From Candidatus Coatesbacteria bacterium (GTDB taxonomy: Bacteria; RBG-13-66-14; B26-G2; JAUVZD01): 64,000 bases of DNA. The first letter of the stretch is position 1; every line of letters begins with the position of its first letter. Below are positions 39,028-49,122 of the stretch, in pieces. Under the pieces are notes generated by a model. The model made no database searches, was not told the DNA's origin, and worked only from the letters and a program-made list of their open reading frames with translations. Location of the stretch: assembly GCA_030602715.1 (NCBI GenBank), contig JAUVZD010000008.1:1-64000 (forward strand), read 5' to 3'. Position numbers and translations under genes: made by a program.

Positions 39028-39060
39028 GGGTAATATCTCTGGTTTTAGAGGAAAAAATGC

Positions 39061-39088
39061 TTGATTTTGTGAATTTTTTTGCTATAAT
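39061..39088 (+). promoter_or_regulatory. Near-consensus sigma70-type promoter upstream of the ferredoxin gene
   Basis: TTGATT (39061-66), 16-nt spacer, TATAAT (39083-88). Confidence 0.45.
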
Positions 39089-39160
39089 TCAGCCTAATTT
39101 TGAGCGCAAGTTCTGATTTTTTTTCTTATAAACATTCATGGATTTTTTGGAGGTGTATGA

Positions 39161-39352
39161 ATGGCAGCGAAACCCAAGATTGACCCCGATCTTTGCACCG
39201 GCTGTGTCATCTGTGTGGATACCTGTTCCACCGGTTCATTGGAGATGAATGAGGATGAGACATTAGCGGTTCTTGCCCATCCTGACGATTGCGACTCGTG
39301 CGGCGACTGCGAGGAAGCCTGTCCGGCGGAAGCAATTGAGATGGTTGAGTAG
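39161..39352 (+). CDS. 2x[4Fe-4S] ferredoxin
   Basis: CTGCVICVDTC and CDSCGDCEEACP cluster motifs. 63 aa. Confidence 0.8.
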   Translation: MAAKPKIDPDLCTGCVICVDTCSTGSLEMNEDETLAVLAHPDDCDSCGDCEEACPAEAIEMVE

Positions 39353-39371
39353 GAAACAGGAGATATTAGCT

Positions 39372-39408
39372 CCCCCAGAAAATTTCTGGGGGATTTTCCT
39401 TTTTAAAA
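39372..39408 (+). terminator. Strong rho-independent terminator after the ferredoxin gene
   Basis: CCCCCAGAA aat TTCTGGGGG: 9-bp stem, 3-nt loop. ATTTTCCTTTTT follows. Confidence 0.75.
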
Positions 39409-39605
39409 GCATGTGGAATATTTATGTATAGCGATATTCCTTCCAGCGGTGAGTGGTGGTGAGCTATTATGGCTCAAAATTACCCTTTGGAAGGGCTCAA
39501 AGGAGGGATTTTTTCCTTCTTTGCGATAGGAAAAAGGGTGGACAAAATCTGAGTTATGTGCTATATTCGGTTGTGGAAAATTTGGCGAAAACAAGGGGTT
39601 AGAAA

Positions 39606-40184
39606 ATGAGATTGTTAAGTTTTCCCCTCATTATAGTTATTGCATTTGTCGCTTCGCCCGCCTTTGGTGATGTGGTGGAGCTTTACTGGGATGACGGCAT
39701 CCCCTATGTGCCCCACTTTCATAATCAGGAGGGGGACGGCTGGGGAGTGCGCTTTGAGCCCACCGGTCCGGGTCTGATTTTGCAGGCTAAGATATATGTT
39801 GGCAATCCCCCACCCGAAGATCCGCCCGTCTTTCAGGGTTGTAATATTTCTCTCTACTACGATGACGGGGGCTTCCCCACCGATGAGCCTTTCTGGGGGC
39901 CGGTCTTTTTTGAGACCGAGGCGGGATGGAACTACTTCACCATAAGCACCTATTGTAACGGGAATAATTTCTATGTAGCCTGGATCCAGGTGGGGTATGG
40001 TCCCGACTGCGACGCGGTCTATGCCGATACCTATGACGACAACCACCGCAGTCTCAGGTATCTCAACGGAATATGGGACTACTATGACTTCGGCGGTGAC
40101 CTGTTGATCCGCTGTTTCTACGATTATCCACCCCCTGCGGTTCAGCCCATATCCCTGGGCAAGGTTAAAGCCCTCTTTAACTGA
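39606..40184 (+). CDS. Secreted Gly/Tyr/Trp/Asp-rich protein of unknown function ending in the tail ...YDYPPPAVQPISLGKVKALFN
   Basis: Signal peptide LIIVIAFVASPAFG. Candidate promoter TGGACA-17-TATATT at 39539-39567. Confidence 0.55.
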   Translation: MRLLSFPLIIVIAFVASPAFGDVVELYWDDGIPYVPHFHNQEGDGWGVRFEPTGPGLILQAKIYVGNPPPEDPPVFQGCNISLYYDDGGFPTDEPFWGPVFFETEAGWNYFTISTYCNGNNFYVAWIQVGYGPDCDAVYADTYDDNHRSLRYLNGIWDYYDFGGDLLIRCFYDYPPPAVQPISLGKVKALFN

Positions 40185-40327
40185 TATACATTCATTAAAA
40201 AAGTAGAAGGCAGGGGCGGAAACCCCTGCCCTTTCAGTATTTAAGTGTTACCTGCATTGATGTCTCTGATGGGAACTGAGAGGATGGACAGTGCATTTCC
40301 GGCTTCCCTGATTGATACATTTATATG

Positions 40328-40356
40328 CAATATACCTTGACATCCTGGGCTTGTTA
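40328..40356 (+). promoter_or_regulatory. Candidate sigma70 promoter for dprA-topA
   Basis: TTGACA (40328-33), 17-nt spacer, TAAAGT (40351-56). Confidence 0.4.
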
Positions 40357-40401
40357 TGGTAAAGTTTACGATTAAAAGATAACCTTCTTACATGTCTTTC
40401 T

Positions 40402-41499
40402 ATGCCCATTGATTCCACCACAGAATATTGGTTGCGCTTGAATGCGGTTCCCGGCGTGGGTCCGGTGCGTTTCTTCTCCCTGAAGGAGCACTTCGGGGTA
40501 GTGGAGAAGGTTTTTTCCGGCACCGTCTCCCAGCTCGTCCACATCAACGGCATGGACCGGAAGCTGGCTTCTTCCATCCACTCCCAGTTGGATTATCTGG
40601 ACCTGGAAAAGGAGATAGCCCTGATGGAGGAGCACAGCGTGCGGGCGGTAACCTACGATGATGACGAATATCCGGCGATGCTCAAGGAGATTCCCTATCC
40701 ACCTCCTCTGCTTTATGTGCGTGGGACACTCAAGGCGGATGAGGTATGTATCTCCGTGGTGGGAACCAGGCGGGCTTGCGGCTACGGTCGCCATGTTGCT
40801 GAGAGCGTCGGCAGGGGATTGGCTCAAGCGGGGGTGACTGTAGTGAGCGGTCTGGCTCGGGGTATAGACGGCTATGCCCAGCGGTCGGCTCTGGATGCCG
40901 GCGGACGCACCATCGGGGTGATGGGTTGCGGAATGGCTATGGTCTATCCCTCGGAGCACCGTAAGCTGGCGGATATGGTGGTCAACAGTGGAGCGTTGAT
41001 AAGCGAATTTCCCATGACCACTCCGCCCCATGCCGGTAATTTCCCCCGCAGGAACCGTATCATCGCCGGGCTCTCTCGGGGAACGGTAGTGGTAGAGGCG
41101 GGGGAGAAGAGCGGAGCCCTGCTCTCCGCCGACCACACCCTCAACCAGGGCAAGGAGGTCTATGCCGTCCCGGGACCGATAAACATTGAGAGCTTCCGGG
41201 GCTGTCATTCTCTCATTCGCGATGGGGCAAGGCTCCTGCAGGATGTGGAGGATATACTGAAGGACTTGGGCTTTTTTGCAGATACCGGTGCTGCGGAGGA
41301 GGAGTGGACGCCCAAGGACCTGACCCCGGAGCAGGAGAGGATATTCTCCGCCCTAACAGCTGTCAAGCCGGTGCATATGGACGACCTGATTAGGGAGAGC
41401 GGTTTGCCGACAGCTACGGTCAATGTAGCATTGATAGACCTGGAGCTCGCCGGCTATATCCGGCAGATGCCGGGGAAGCTGTTTTACAGGTCAAGATAG
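40402..41499 (+). CDS. dprA: DNA processing protein A (Smf)
   Basis: Rossmann-fold core GLARGIDGYAQRSALDAGGRTIGVMGCGMAMVYPSEHRKL plus a C-terminal winged-helix domain. Confidence 0.85.
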   Translation: MPIDSTTEYWLRLNAVPGVGPVRFFSLKEHFGVVEKVFSGTVSQLVHINGMDRKLASSIHSQLDYLDLEKEIALMEEHSVRAVTYDDDEYPAMLKEIPYPPPLLYVRGTLKADEVCISVVGTRRACGYGRHVAESVGRGLAQAGVTVVSGLARGIDGYAQRSALDAGGRTIGVMGCGMAMVYPSEHRKLADMVVNSGALISEFPMTTPPHAGNFPRRNRIIAGLSRGTVVVEAGEKSGALLSADHTLNQGKEVYAVPGPINIESFRGCHSLIRDGARLLQDVEDILKDLGFFADTGAAEEEWTPKDLTPEQERIFSALTAVKPVHMDDLIRESGLPTATVNVALIDLELAGYIRQMPGKLFYRSR

Positions 41500-41551
41500 G
41501 GATTTAGAGAAAGAAAGGTTTTTAATTTAAGGCGATAAATCAAGGAGAACA

Positions 41552-43867
41552 ATGGCAAAGAAGACCACGAAAAGCAAACCCCTGTTAATTGTGGAATCCA
41601 ACGCCAAAGTGCGTACCATCTCCCGCTATCTGGGCGGGAAATACCAAGTCGTCTCTTGCAGGGGGCACGTCAGGGACCTGCCCAAATCCAAGCTGGGCGT
41701 GGAGGTGGAGAACGGCTTTCTTCCCACCTACGAGGTTACGCCCGGTCAGGAGGAATTGTTAGATGAGATGGGCAAGGATTGGAAGAAGGCGGAGCGAATC
41801 CTCCTCGCCTGCGACCCGGACCGGGAAGGCGAAGCCATCTGCTGGCATTTGGTGGAGGCTTTGGGCAAACGCCCGGGCATTGAGCGCATAACCTTTAACG
41901 AGATAACCGAGCCTGCGGTAAAGGCTGCAGTGCAGGCACCCCGCAAGATAAACATGGAGCTGGTCTATGCTCAGCAGGCTCGCCGTATCTTGGACCGTCT
42001 GGTGGGCTATAAAGTATCGCCCTTGCTCTGGCCCATCGTGCGCGCCGGTCTCTCCGCCGGGCGGGTGCAGACCGTTGCCCTGCGCCTTATCGTGGAGCGG
42101 GAGAGGGAGGTTCGTTCCTTCGTGCCCCAAGAATATTGGAGCATCGGGGCGACGATGCAGGCAAAGCCGGCCAAGGGCAAGAAAAAGGGCGTTGAGTTCC
42201 CTGCCACCTTGTTCAGCATAGACGAAAAAAGGGTAGTCTCCCCGCTGGATAAGCGCAGGGGAAAGACTATGGTCATCGGCTCCAAAGATGAAGCCGAGGG
42301 GATAGTCGCCCGCTTCTCCGGCAAGAAGTTTGTGGTCAAGGAGGTGAAGAAGCGGGACGCCAAACGTTCTCCCTCCCCGCCGTTCATTACCAGCACCCTA
42401 CAGCAGTCTGCCAGCGGGATGCTCGGCTTCTCGCCCAAAAAGACCATGCTGATGGCTCAACGGCTCTATGAGGGCAAGGACCTGGGGAGCGGGGAGCGCA
42501 CCGGTCTTATCACCTATATGCGCACCGATTCGGTGCGGGTGGCGCAAGGGGCTATGCAAGCCAATCGGGCGATGATTGAGAAGAAATATGGGGAAAAGTA
42601 TCTTCCGGAAAAGCCCCGCTTTTACAAGAACCCCCGAGCCTCTCAGGATGCCCACGAAGCAATTCGCCCCACAGATGTCAACCGCACTCCGGAGGTGTTG
42701 AAGAAGTTTCTGGAGAAGGACGAGTATCGCCTTTATAGCATTATATGGAAGCGTTTTGTCGCCAGCCAGATGGCTAATGCGATAACCAAGCAGACCACGG
42801 TAAACATTGAGGCTGATGGTGGGCTATTCAGAGCAAACGGTCACGAGCTGGTCTTCCCCGGCTTCTACAAGGTCTGGACGCAGAGCGGTGAGGGCGATGT
42901 GCTACTGCCCCCACTTGAGGAGGGCGATGAGCTGACCTGCAAGAAGATTTCGCCCAAACAGCACTTCACCGAGCCGCCCCCTCGCTTCACCGACGCCTCT
43001 TTGGTGCGTGGTCTGGAGGAGAGCGGTGTGGGCAGACCCAGCACCTACGCTCCCATTATCTCCACCATCCTGGACCGGGGCTATGTGGAGCGAGTAGTTG
43101 GCGGTCGAGCGCTTAAGCCCACAGAGATAGGTGAGTTGACCGCAGATTTGCTGGTGCGCACCTTCAAGGATATTTTTGATGTCGGCTTCACCGCCGGGAT
43201 GGAGGGCAAGCTGGATGAGATTGAGGAGGGGGAGAAGGACTGGGTGGCGGTGCTCAAGGAGTTCTACAATGCCTTTGAACGGCAGTTGGAGGGCGCTGAT
43301 GAGCGCATGTATAAAGCTAAGAAAGAACAGGAAGAGGACACCGACCTGAAATGTGAGCTGTGCGGAAAAACCATGCGTTTGCAGTTTGGTCGCTCCGGTA
43401 GGTTCCTGGGTTGTAGTGGTTATCCGGAGTGTAAGAACACCAAGCCGGTGACCTTTGATGAGGACGGCAAACCCAAGCCGGTGGAGCTGGAGGAGAAGGT
43501 GGTCTGCGATAAATGTGGGCGGGATATGGTGATAAAGAGCGGTAGATACGGACTCTTTCTTGCCTGCAGTGGTTATCCGGAATGTAAGAACACCAAGAAT
43601 TATGGTGATGATCTGGGCGTCACCTGCCCCAAGGGGGGCTGTGGCGGAAAGGTGATACAGATAAAAACCCGAAAAGGACGCATCTTCTTCGGTTGTAGCA
43701 ACTATCCCAAATGCGACTTCGCCACCTGGTATAGACCGGTGGAGAAGCCTTGTCCTCAGTGTAAAGCGACCTTCCTGGTGGAGAAAGGAAGGGGGAAGAA
43801 GAGACGCTTGGTTTGCATAGCCGAGGGCTGTAACTATGAGGAGAACTCCGAGGGAGAGGGCGAATAG
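41552..43867 (+). CDS. topA: DNA topoisomerase I with C-terminal C4 zinc ribbons
   Basis: TOPRIM N-terminus LLIVESNAKVRTI. Active-site region GLITYMRTDS. Three CxxC...CxxC ribbons. Confidence 0.95.
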   Translation: MAKKTTKSKPLLIVESNAKVRTISRYLGGKYQVVSCRGHVRDLPKSKLGVEVENGFLPTYEVTPGQEELLDEMGKDWKKAERILLACDPDREGEAICWHLVEALGKRPGIERITFNEITEPAVKAAVQAPRKINMELVYAQQARRILDRLVGYKVSPLLWPIVRAGLSAGRVQTVALRLIVEREREVRSFVPQEYWSIGATMQAKPAKGKKKGVEFPATLFSIDEKRVVSPLDKRRGKTMVIGSKDEAEGIVARFSGKKFVVKEVKKRDAKRSPSPPFITSTLQQSASGMLGFSPKKTMLMAQRLYEGKDLGSGERTGLITYMRTDSVRVAQGAMQANRAMIEKKYGEKYLPEKPRFYKNPRASQDAHEAIRPTDVNRTPEVLKKFLEKDEYRLYSIIWKRFVASQMANAITKQTTVNIEADGGLFRANGHELVFPGFYKVWTQSGEGDVLLPPLEEGDELTCKKISPKQHFTEPPPRFTDASLVRGLEESGVGRPSTYAPIISTILDRGYVERVVGGRALKPTEIGELTADLLVRTFKDIFDVGFTAGMEGKLDEIEEGEKDWVAVLKEFYNAFERQLEGADERMYKAKKEQEEDTDLKCELCGKTMRLQFGRSGRFLGCSGYPECKNTKPVTFDEDGKPKPVELEEKVVCDKCGRDMVIKSGRYGLFLACSGYPECKNTKNYGDDLGVTCPKGGCGGKVIQIKTRKGRIFFGCSNYPKCDFATWYRPVEKPCPQCKATFLVEKGRGKKRRLVCIAEGCNYEENSEGEGE

Positions 43868-45439
43868 ATGGCGGCTGGGAAGAGAGCGATAGTGATAGGC
43901 GGGGGGTTGGCTGGCAGTGAATCCGCCTGGCAGTTGGCACAACGGGGCGTGGAGGTGGAGCTTTATGAGATGCGCCCGGAACTGACCACACCAGCCCATG
44001 TCGGCGGTGAGCTGGCTGAGCTGGTCTGTTCCAACTCCCTCCGCTCCCGGGATGTTACCATAGCAGCCGGGCTCCTGAAGGAGGAGTTGATGCAGCTGGG
44101 CTCGCTTCTCATCTCCTCCGCCTACAAGTTCGCTCTGCCGGCAGGTGGGGCACTGGCGGTGGACCGCAAGCGCTTCTCTCGGCATATTACCAGGACCCTT
44201 GAGAAACACCCTCGCATCAAGATAGTCCGTCAGGAAATGATTGAGCTTCCAGAGTCCACTCCCACCATCATCGCCACCGGGCCGTTGACCAGTGATAGAC
44301 TGGCGGCAGTGATTAAGGAGCTTTTGGGGGAGCGTTATCTCTATTTTTACGACGCCATCTCCCCGACGGTTACCACCAAATCGGTGAATATGGAGCGGGC
44401 CTTCATTGCCTCCCGCTACGGCAAGGGCGATTCCGCCTACATCAACTGTCCGCTGAATGAGAAGGAATACGATACCTTCTATTCCGCTCTCATCCGGGCT
44501 GAGCCTTATCCCCGCCGTCAGTTTGAGCTGGACAAGTTCTTTGAGGGGTGTCTGCCCATTGAGGAGCTTGCCCGTCGGGAGAAGGACGCCATACGCTTCG
44601 GGCCGCTCAAACCGGTGGGTCTGGTGGACCCCCAGACCGACAAGAGACCCTATGCGGTGGTTCAGCTCCGGCCGGAGGACAAAGGGGCGACATTATATAA
44701 CATGGTCGGCTTCCAGACCCGCCTGCGCCACAACGACCAGCGGGAGATATTCTCGCTCATCCCCGCCCTGGAGGAAGCCGAGTTCGTCCGTCTGGGCTCC
44801 TCCCACCGCAACACCTATATCAACTCCCCCCACCATCTGGAAAAAACTCTGCAGTTGAAGGGGAGCGATAATCTGTGGTTTGCCGGTCAGATGGTCGGCG
44901 TGGAGGGTTACTGTGAGTCCATCGCAATGGGTCTGGTCTGCGGACTGAATCTATTTTTGGCAATAAGCAAAAAGAAGCCGATCAGCTTTCCGGCCACGAC
45001 TATGGTGGGGGCTCTGCTCAAATACATCACCACCGTCTCCGAGGATGTCTTTCAGCCGATGAATGTCAGCTTCGGTCTCCTTCCCCCGCTTGCCGAGCGC
45101 ATGGAGAGCAAGAAAGCGAAGAGGGAGGCGATGAGCAAGCGAGCCCTTGCCGACCTGGCGAAGCTGGTGTCGGCTTTGGGGATAACTTCCTATTCCACGC
45201 CTAAGCCCTCTCGGGTTACGAAGCACCCCCGGGTGGCAACCAAAACTCCGGAGAAGGCTCCTCGCAGGAGAGCAGGCAGGGTGGGCAAAGGCAGCGAGCA
45301 GGGGAGCATAGAGCGGAGGGGCAGAAGGCGGCGTTCACCGGAAAGAAAGAACCGTTCAGGGAAGCATACCACCGGTCAGGTTGAAGATAAGGGAAGCAAA
45401 GATAAGGGTGGAAAGGAAAACCTAAAAAAGAAATCCTAG
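43868..45439 (+). CDS. trmFO: Methylenetetrahydrofolate--tRNA-(uracil54-C5)-methyltransferase TrmFO (Gid), with an ~85-aa Arg/Lys-rich C-terminal extension
   Basis: FAD-binding IVIGGGLAGSESAWQLAQRG. Conserved core to ~435 aa, then the tail ...PRRRAGRVGKGSEQGSIERRGRRRRSPERKNRSGK...KKKS. The ATG is immediately after the topA stop. Confidence 0.9.
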   Translation: MAAGKRAIVIGGGLAGSESAWQLAQRGVEVELYEMRPELTTPAHVGGELAELVCSNSLRSRDVTIAAGLLKEELMQLGSLLISSAYKFALPAGGALAVDRKRFSRHITRTLEKHPRIKIVRQEMIELPESTPTIIATGPLTSDRLAAVIKELLGERYLYFYDAISPTVTTKSVNMERAFIASRYGKGDSAYINCPLNEKEYDTFYSALIRAEPYPRRQFELDKFFEGCLPIEELARREKDAIRFGPLKPVGLVDPQTDKRPYAVVQLRPEDKGATLYNMVGFQTRLRHNDQREIFSLIPALEEAEFVRLGSSHRNTYINSPHHLEKTLQLKGSDNLWFAGQMVGVEGYCESIAMGLVCGLNLFLAISKKKPISFPATTMVGALLKYITTVSEDVFQPMNVSFGLLPPLAERMESKKAKREAMSKRALADLAKLVSALGITSYSTPKPSRVTKHPRVATKTPEKAPRRRAGRVGKGSEQGSIERRGRRRRSPERKNRSGKHTTGQVEDKGSKDKGGKENLKKKS

Positions 45440-45473
45440 AACATTGAGCTGGTGATGAAGGGTTTTATCCTGA

Positions 45474-46496
45474 GTGAAAGTTGGTCAGGTTATGTCTGAG
45501 GTGGTAAAGGAGGGTGAAAGTAGCGCAGAAGGGGCAGGCGTTGACGATATCTGGGGATGGGTGATAGGCGAGTTCCTGGATTATATGGGGGAGGTGCGCA
45601 GGGTCTCGCCGGCGACCGTAAAAGCCTACAGGTGCGACCTGACCCAATTTGCCGATTTCATCTCCGAATATCAGCCGGGGATTACTTTACAGGAGATAGA
45701 CCACATCGCCCTGCGTCACTTCCTAGCCTACCGGCGCGAAAAGGGGGTAGGCGCTCGCTCAATCTCTCGCCAGCTGTCCGCCCTGCGCAGGTTCTTTCGC
45801 TTCCTGCGCCTCCAGGGGCTGATAGATGTTGACCCCACCAAGAGATTGGACTCGGTGCGCTATCAACGAAAACTCCCCCAGACGGTGCAGACCCCACAGG
45901 AGATGGAAGCCTTCATCTCCGCCGTGCGAAAGATGCCCAGGAGGGAGCATGAGTTGAAGGAGGCGCTGATTGTCCGGGATATAGCCATTCTGCAATTTCT
46001 ATACGGAATGGGTCTGCGCAGTGCCGAGCTGGTGGCGTTGGATGTTGGGGATGTGGGAGAGGATTTCGTGCGGGTTAAGGGAAAGGGCGATAAGGAGCGG
46101 ACGGTGCCCATAGGGAAGAGGAGCAGGAGGGCTTTTGAGGAATACATCGCTCTGCGGGAGAAGCTCACCGGGGAGGCGGGTGGTCCTCTCTTCGTCTCCG
46201 TGAGGGGTAAACGACTTAACACACGCTTTATCCGTAAGTTATTTACACGGTTAGTGCGCTTTCTGGGGAAGGAGAGGATAACTCCCCACACCCTGCGCCA
46301 CACCTTTGCCACTCATCTTTATGAGCATGACGCCGACCTGCGAGATATTCAGGAACTGCTGGGTCATGAGAGTATAGACACCACCGATGTTTATACCCAT
46401 GCCAGCGTAGCCAAGCTGAAGGAGAAGTATGATAAAGCCCATCCCCACGGGGGGAAGGGTGGGAAATCGGAGGGGGAAAGCGAGGAAGAGGGCTGA
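45474..46496 (+). CDS. xerC: Tyrosine site-specific recombinase XerC/XerD family (CodV-like)
   Basis: [27 protein letters not shown]...Y catalytic box. Chromosomal context is topA-trmFO-xerC-hslVU. Confidence 0.85.
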   Translation: MKVGQVMSEVVKEGESSAEGAGVDDIWGWVIGEFLDYMGEVRRVSPATVKAYRCDLTQFADFISEYQPGITLQEIDHIALRHFLAYRREKGVGARSISRQLSALRRFFRFLRLQGLIDVDPTKRLDSVRYQRKLPQTVQTPQEMEAFISAVRKMPRREHELKEALIVRDIAILQFLYGMGLRSAELVALDVGDVGEDFVRVKGKGDKERTVPIGKRSRRAFEEYIALREKLTGEAGGPLFVSVRGKRLNTRFIRKLFTRLVRFLGKERITPHTLRHTFATHLYEHDADLRDIQELLGHESIDTTDVYTHASVAKLKEKYDKAHPHGGKGGKSEGESEEEG

Positions 46497-46506
46497 GAGG
46501 GGAGAT

Positions 46507-47055
46507 GTGAACTTGAACGCAAGCAAGAAAATCCGCGCCACCACCGTCCTTGCGGTGCATAAGGATGGGAAGGTGGCAATGGCTGGCGACGGTCAGATAA
46601 CCGTCGGGGAGACGGTGCTGAAGGCAAGTGCGGTCAAACTGCGCCGTATGGCGGAGGACAGAGTCCTGGCTGGCTTCGCCGGTGGGCTGGCTGACGCCCT
46701 GACCCTCTTTGAGAAGTTTGAGGGTAAGATGAAAGATTTTCCGGACAATCTGGTGCGGGCGGCGGTGGAATTGGCTAAGGACTGGCGCAGTGATAAGATA
46801 CTACGCAGACTGGAGGCGCTATTGATCGTCGCCGATGCCAAGAGCCTTCTGGTCATCTCCGGTATGGGAGATGTGGTGGAGCCGGATGATGGGATAGCGG
46901 CAATCGGCAGTGGGGCTGAGTATGCGCTGGCGGCAGCCCGGGCACTGGTCGCACATACCAAACTCTCCCCCCGGCAGATTGTAGAGGAGGCGATGAAGAT
47001 TGCCGCCGCCATCTGCGTCTATACCAATGAGAACATAACCATTGAGGAGCTTTAG
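46507..47055 (+). CDS. hslV: ATP-dependent protease subunit HslV (ClpQ)
   Basis: [25 protein letters not shown]-terminal Thr-protease motif. Probable GTG start at 46507, giving a short N-terminal extension. The track ORF start overlaps the xerC tail. Confidence 0.85.
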   Translation: MNLNASKKIRATTVLAVHKDGKVAMAGDGQITVGETVLKASAVKLRRMAEDRVLAGFAGGLADALTLFEKFEGKMKDFPDNLVRAAVELAKDWRSDKILRRLEALLIVADAKSLLVISGMGDVVEPDDGIAAIGSGAEYALAAARALVAHTKLSPRQIVEEAMKIAAAICVYTNENITIEEL

Positions 47056-47102
47056 GCGTGAATTTCTCGCGGAAAAGTGTTTTGTTAGGAGGGAATCGTT
47101 AG

Positions 47103-48560
47103 GTGGAAGACTTGACCCCTAAAAAGATAGTTTCTGAGCTGGATAAATATATCGTCGGGCAGGATGATGCCAAACGGAGTGTAGCCATCGCTATACGTAA
47201 TCGCTGGCGCAGAAGGCAGTTGCCTGAGGAGTTGGCTGACGAGGTGGCTCCTAAAAACATCATCATGATAGGACCTACCGGGGTGGGCAAGACGGAGATC
47301 TCCCGCCGTTTGGCTAGACTGACCAATGCGCCGTTTATGAAGGTGGAGGCTTCAAAATTCACCGAGGTGGGTTATGTGGGTCGGGATGTGGAGTCAATGA
47401 TTCGGGACCTGGTGGAGATTGCCGTCTCCAGTGAGAAGGAGAAGATGATGGAGGAGGTGGAAGAGAAAGCCGAGCAGTTGGCTGAGGAGCTGATACTGGA
47501 CATTCTACTTCCTCCCATCAAGAAGAAACCGACCCCTGAAAAGGCGACGCCGGGAGGGGAGGGAATCTCCGCAGTTCACATGGGTCCGCCTTTTTCCCCG
47601 GTCTCTCCTCCGACGGAACCATCGCCTGCGCCGGTGGGAGCGGAGGTTACCACCTTACCCGCTGAAGAGGAGGAGAAGATTGCCCGCACAAGGGAGAAGT
47701 TGCGCAGGAAGTTGAGGGCGGGGGAGTTGGATGACAAGATTGTGGAGATTGAGGTGAGCGCTAAGGTAACCCCTATGATTGAAATTTTTTCCGGCACCGG
47801 TTTTGAGGAGATGGACCTGAATCTGGGGGAGATTTTCGGGTCGGCTTTTCCGGGGAAGACCAAACGGCGGAAGGTGACCGTCCGTGAGGCATTGGATATC
47901 CTGTCCAGTGAGGAAGCCTCCAAGTTGGTGGATATGGATAAAGTGGTCACTTTGGCTTTGGAAAAGGTGGAGGAGTTGGGGATGATATTCCTGGATGAGC
48001 TTGATAAGATCGCCGGTCGGGAGAGTGGACATGGACCGGATGTATCCCGGGAGGGGGTTCAGCGAGACCTGCTGCCGATTATAGAAGGGACCACGGTGGT
48101 AACCAAGTATGGCATGATCCGCACCGACCACATCCTGTTCATCGCCGCCGGAGCTTTCCATATCACCAAACCCTCAGACCTCATCCCGGAGATGCAGGGG
48201 CGTTTTCCCATCCGGGTGGAACTGCACAGCCTGAACAAGGAACATTTCATTCGCATACTGGAGGAGCCCAGAAACGCCCTGATAAAGCAGTATATAGCTC
48301 TCCTGGCTACCGAGGGTGTTGAGCTGGAGTTCACCGAGGACGCCATTGATGCTATCGCTGAGCTCGCCCAGCGAGCCAACGAGCAGATGCAGAACATCGG
48401 CGCCAGAAGGCTACACACTGTAATGGAGTCCTTGCTGGAGGAGATATCCTTTGAGGCTCCTGAGAGAGGCGAGGGTAAGTTGGTGATAGATGCTAATTAT
48501 GTGCAGGAGAAGATACTGCCCATAATCAAGGATGACGATGCGGCAAAATATATACTCTAA
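47103..48560 (+). CDS. hslU: ATP-dependent protease ATPase subunit HslU (ClpY), with a Pro-rich low-complexity insertion in the I-domain
   Basis: [19 protein letters not shown] Walker A. Insertion [43 protein letters not shown]. Confidence 0.9.
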   Translation: MEDLTPKKIVSELDKYIVGQDDAKRSVAIAIRNRWRRRQLPEELADEVAPKNIIMIGPTGVGKTEISRRLARLTNAPFMKVEASKFTEVGYVGRDVESMIRDLVEIAVSSEKEKMMEEVEEKAEQLAEELILDILLPPIKKKPTPEKATPGGEGISAVHMGPPFSPVSPPTEPSPAPVGAEVTTLPAEEEEKIARTREKLRRKLRAGELDDKIVEIEVSAKVTPMIEIFSGTGFEEMDLNLGEIFGSAFPGKTKRRKVTVREALDILSSEEASKLVDMDKVVTLALEKVEELGMIFLDELDKIAGRESGHGPDVSREGVQRDLLPIIEGTTVVTKYGMIRTDHILFIAAGAFHITKPSDLIPEMQGRFPIRVELHSLNKEHFIRILEEPRNALIKQYIALLATEGVELEFTEDAIDAIAELAQRANEQMQNIGARRLHTVMESLLEEISFEAPERGEGKLVIDANYVQEKILPIIKDDDAAKYIL

Positions 48561-48583
48561 AACCGGGGCATAAGGAGGATGCA

Positions 48584-49111
48584 ATGGCAGAGCACAAAGA
48601 CCCTCTTGTGGATTTAGCCTATAAGGCGGTTGAGAGCTGGGTGAGGAAGGGAGGGCGGATAGAAGCCCCTTCTCCCCTTCCGGGGGAGATGAGTGCACAG
48701 GCGGGAGTTTTCGTCTCCATCCATAAAAAGGGAGGAAGCCTGCGGGGCTGTATAGGCACCTTCAGCCCCACCAAACCCAACATCGCCGAGGAGATAATTG
48801 AGAATGCCATATCCTCCTCCAGTCGGGACCCTCGCTTCCCGCCCATATCCATCGCCGAACTTGATGATCTGGATATCTCCGTGGATGTCCTCTCCGAATC
48901 GGAGGAGGTGTCCGGGAAAAAGGAGTTGAACTCCAAAAAATATGGTCTGATATTGGAGGCGAAGGATGGTTTTCGGCGGGGACTGTTACTGCCGGATCTG
49001 GAGGGTGTGGACACGGTGGAGGAGCAGGTAAAGATCGTGCGTATGAAGGCGGGGATAGGTCCCAACGAGCCGGTGAAGTTTTACCGCTTTAAGGTGGTGC
49101 GCCATAGCTAG
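48584..49111 (+). CDS. AMMECR1-domain protein
   Basis: [20 protein letters not shown] carries the conserved LRGCIG motif. Confidence 0.8.
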   Translation: MAEHKDPLVDLAYKAVESWVRKGGRIEAPSPLPGEMSAQAGVFVSIHKKGGSLRGCIGTFSPTKPNIAEEIIENAISSSSRDPRFPPISIAELDDLDISVDVLSESEEVSGKKELNSKKYGLILEAKDGFRRGLLLPDLEGVDTVEEQVKIVRMKAGIGPNEPVKFYRFKVVRHS

Positions 49112-49122
49112 GGGATGATGTT

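Noticed and set aside
45474-46496. Tyrosine recombinase as a marker of an integrated element next to the AT-rich RM island
   Set aside because: It sits in the conserved topA-trmFO-xerC-hslVU housekeeping block 11 kb from the RM gene and has XerC/CodV features. This is chromosomal dimer resolution, not an integrase.
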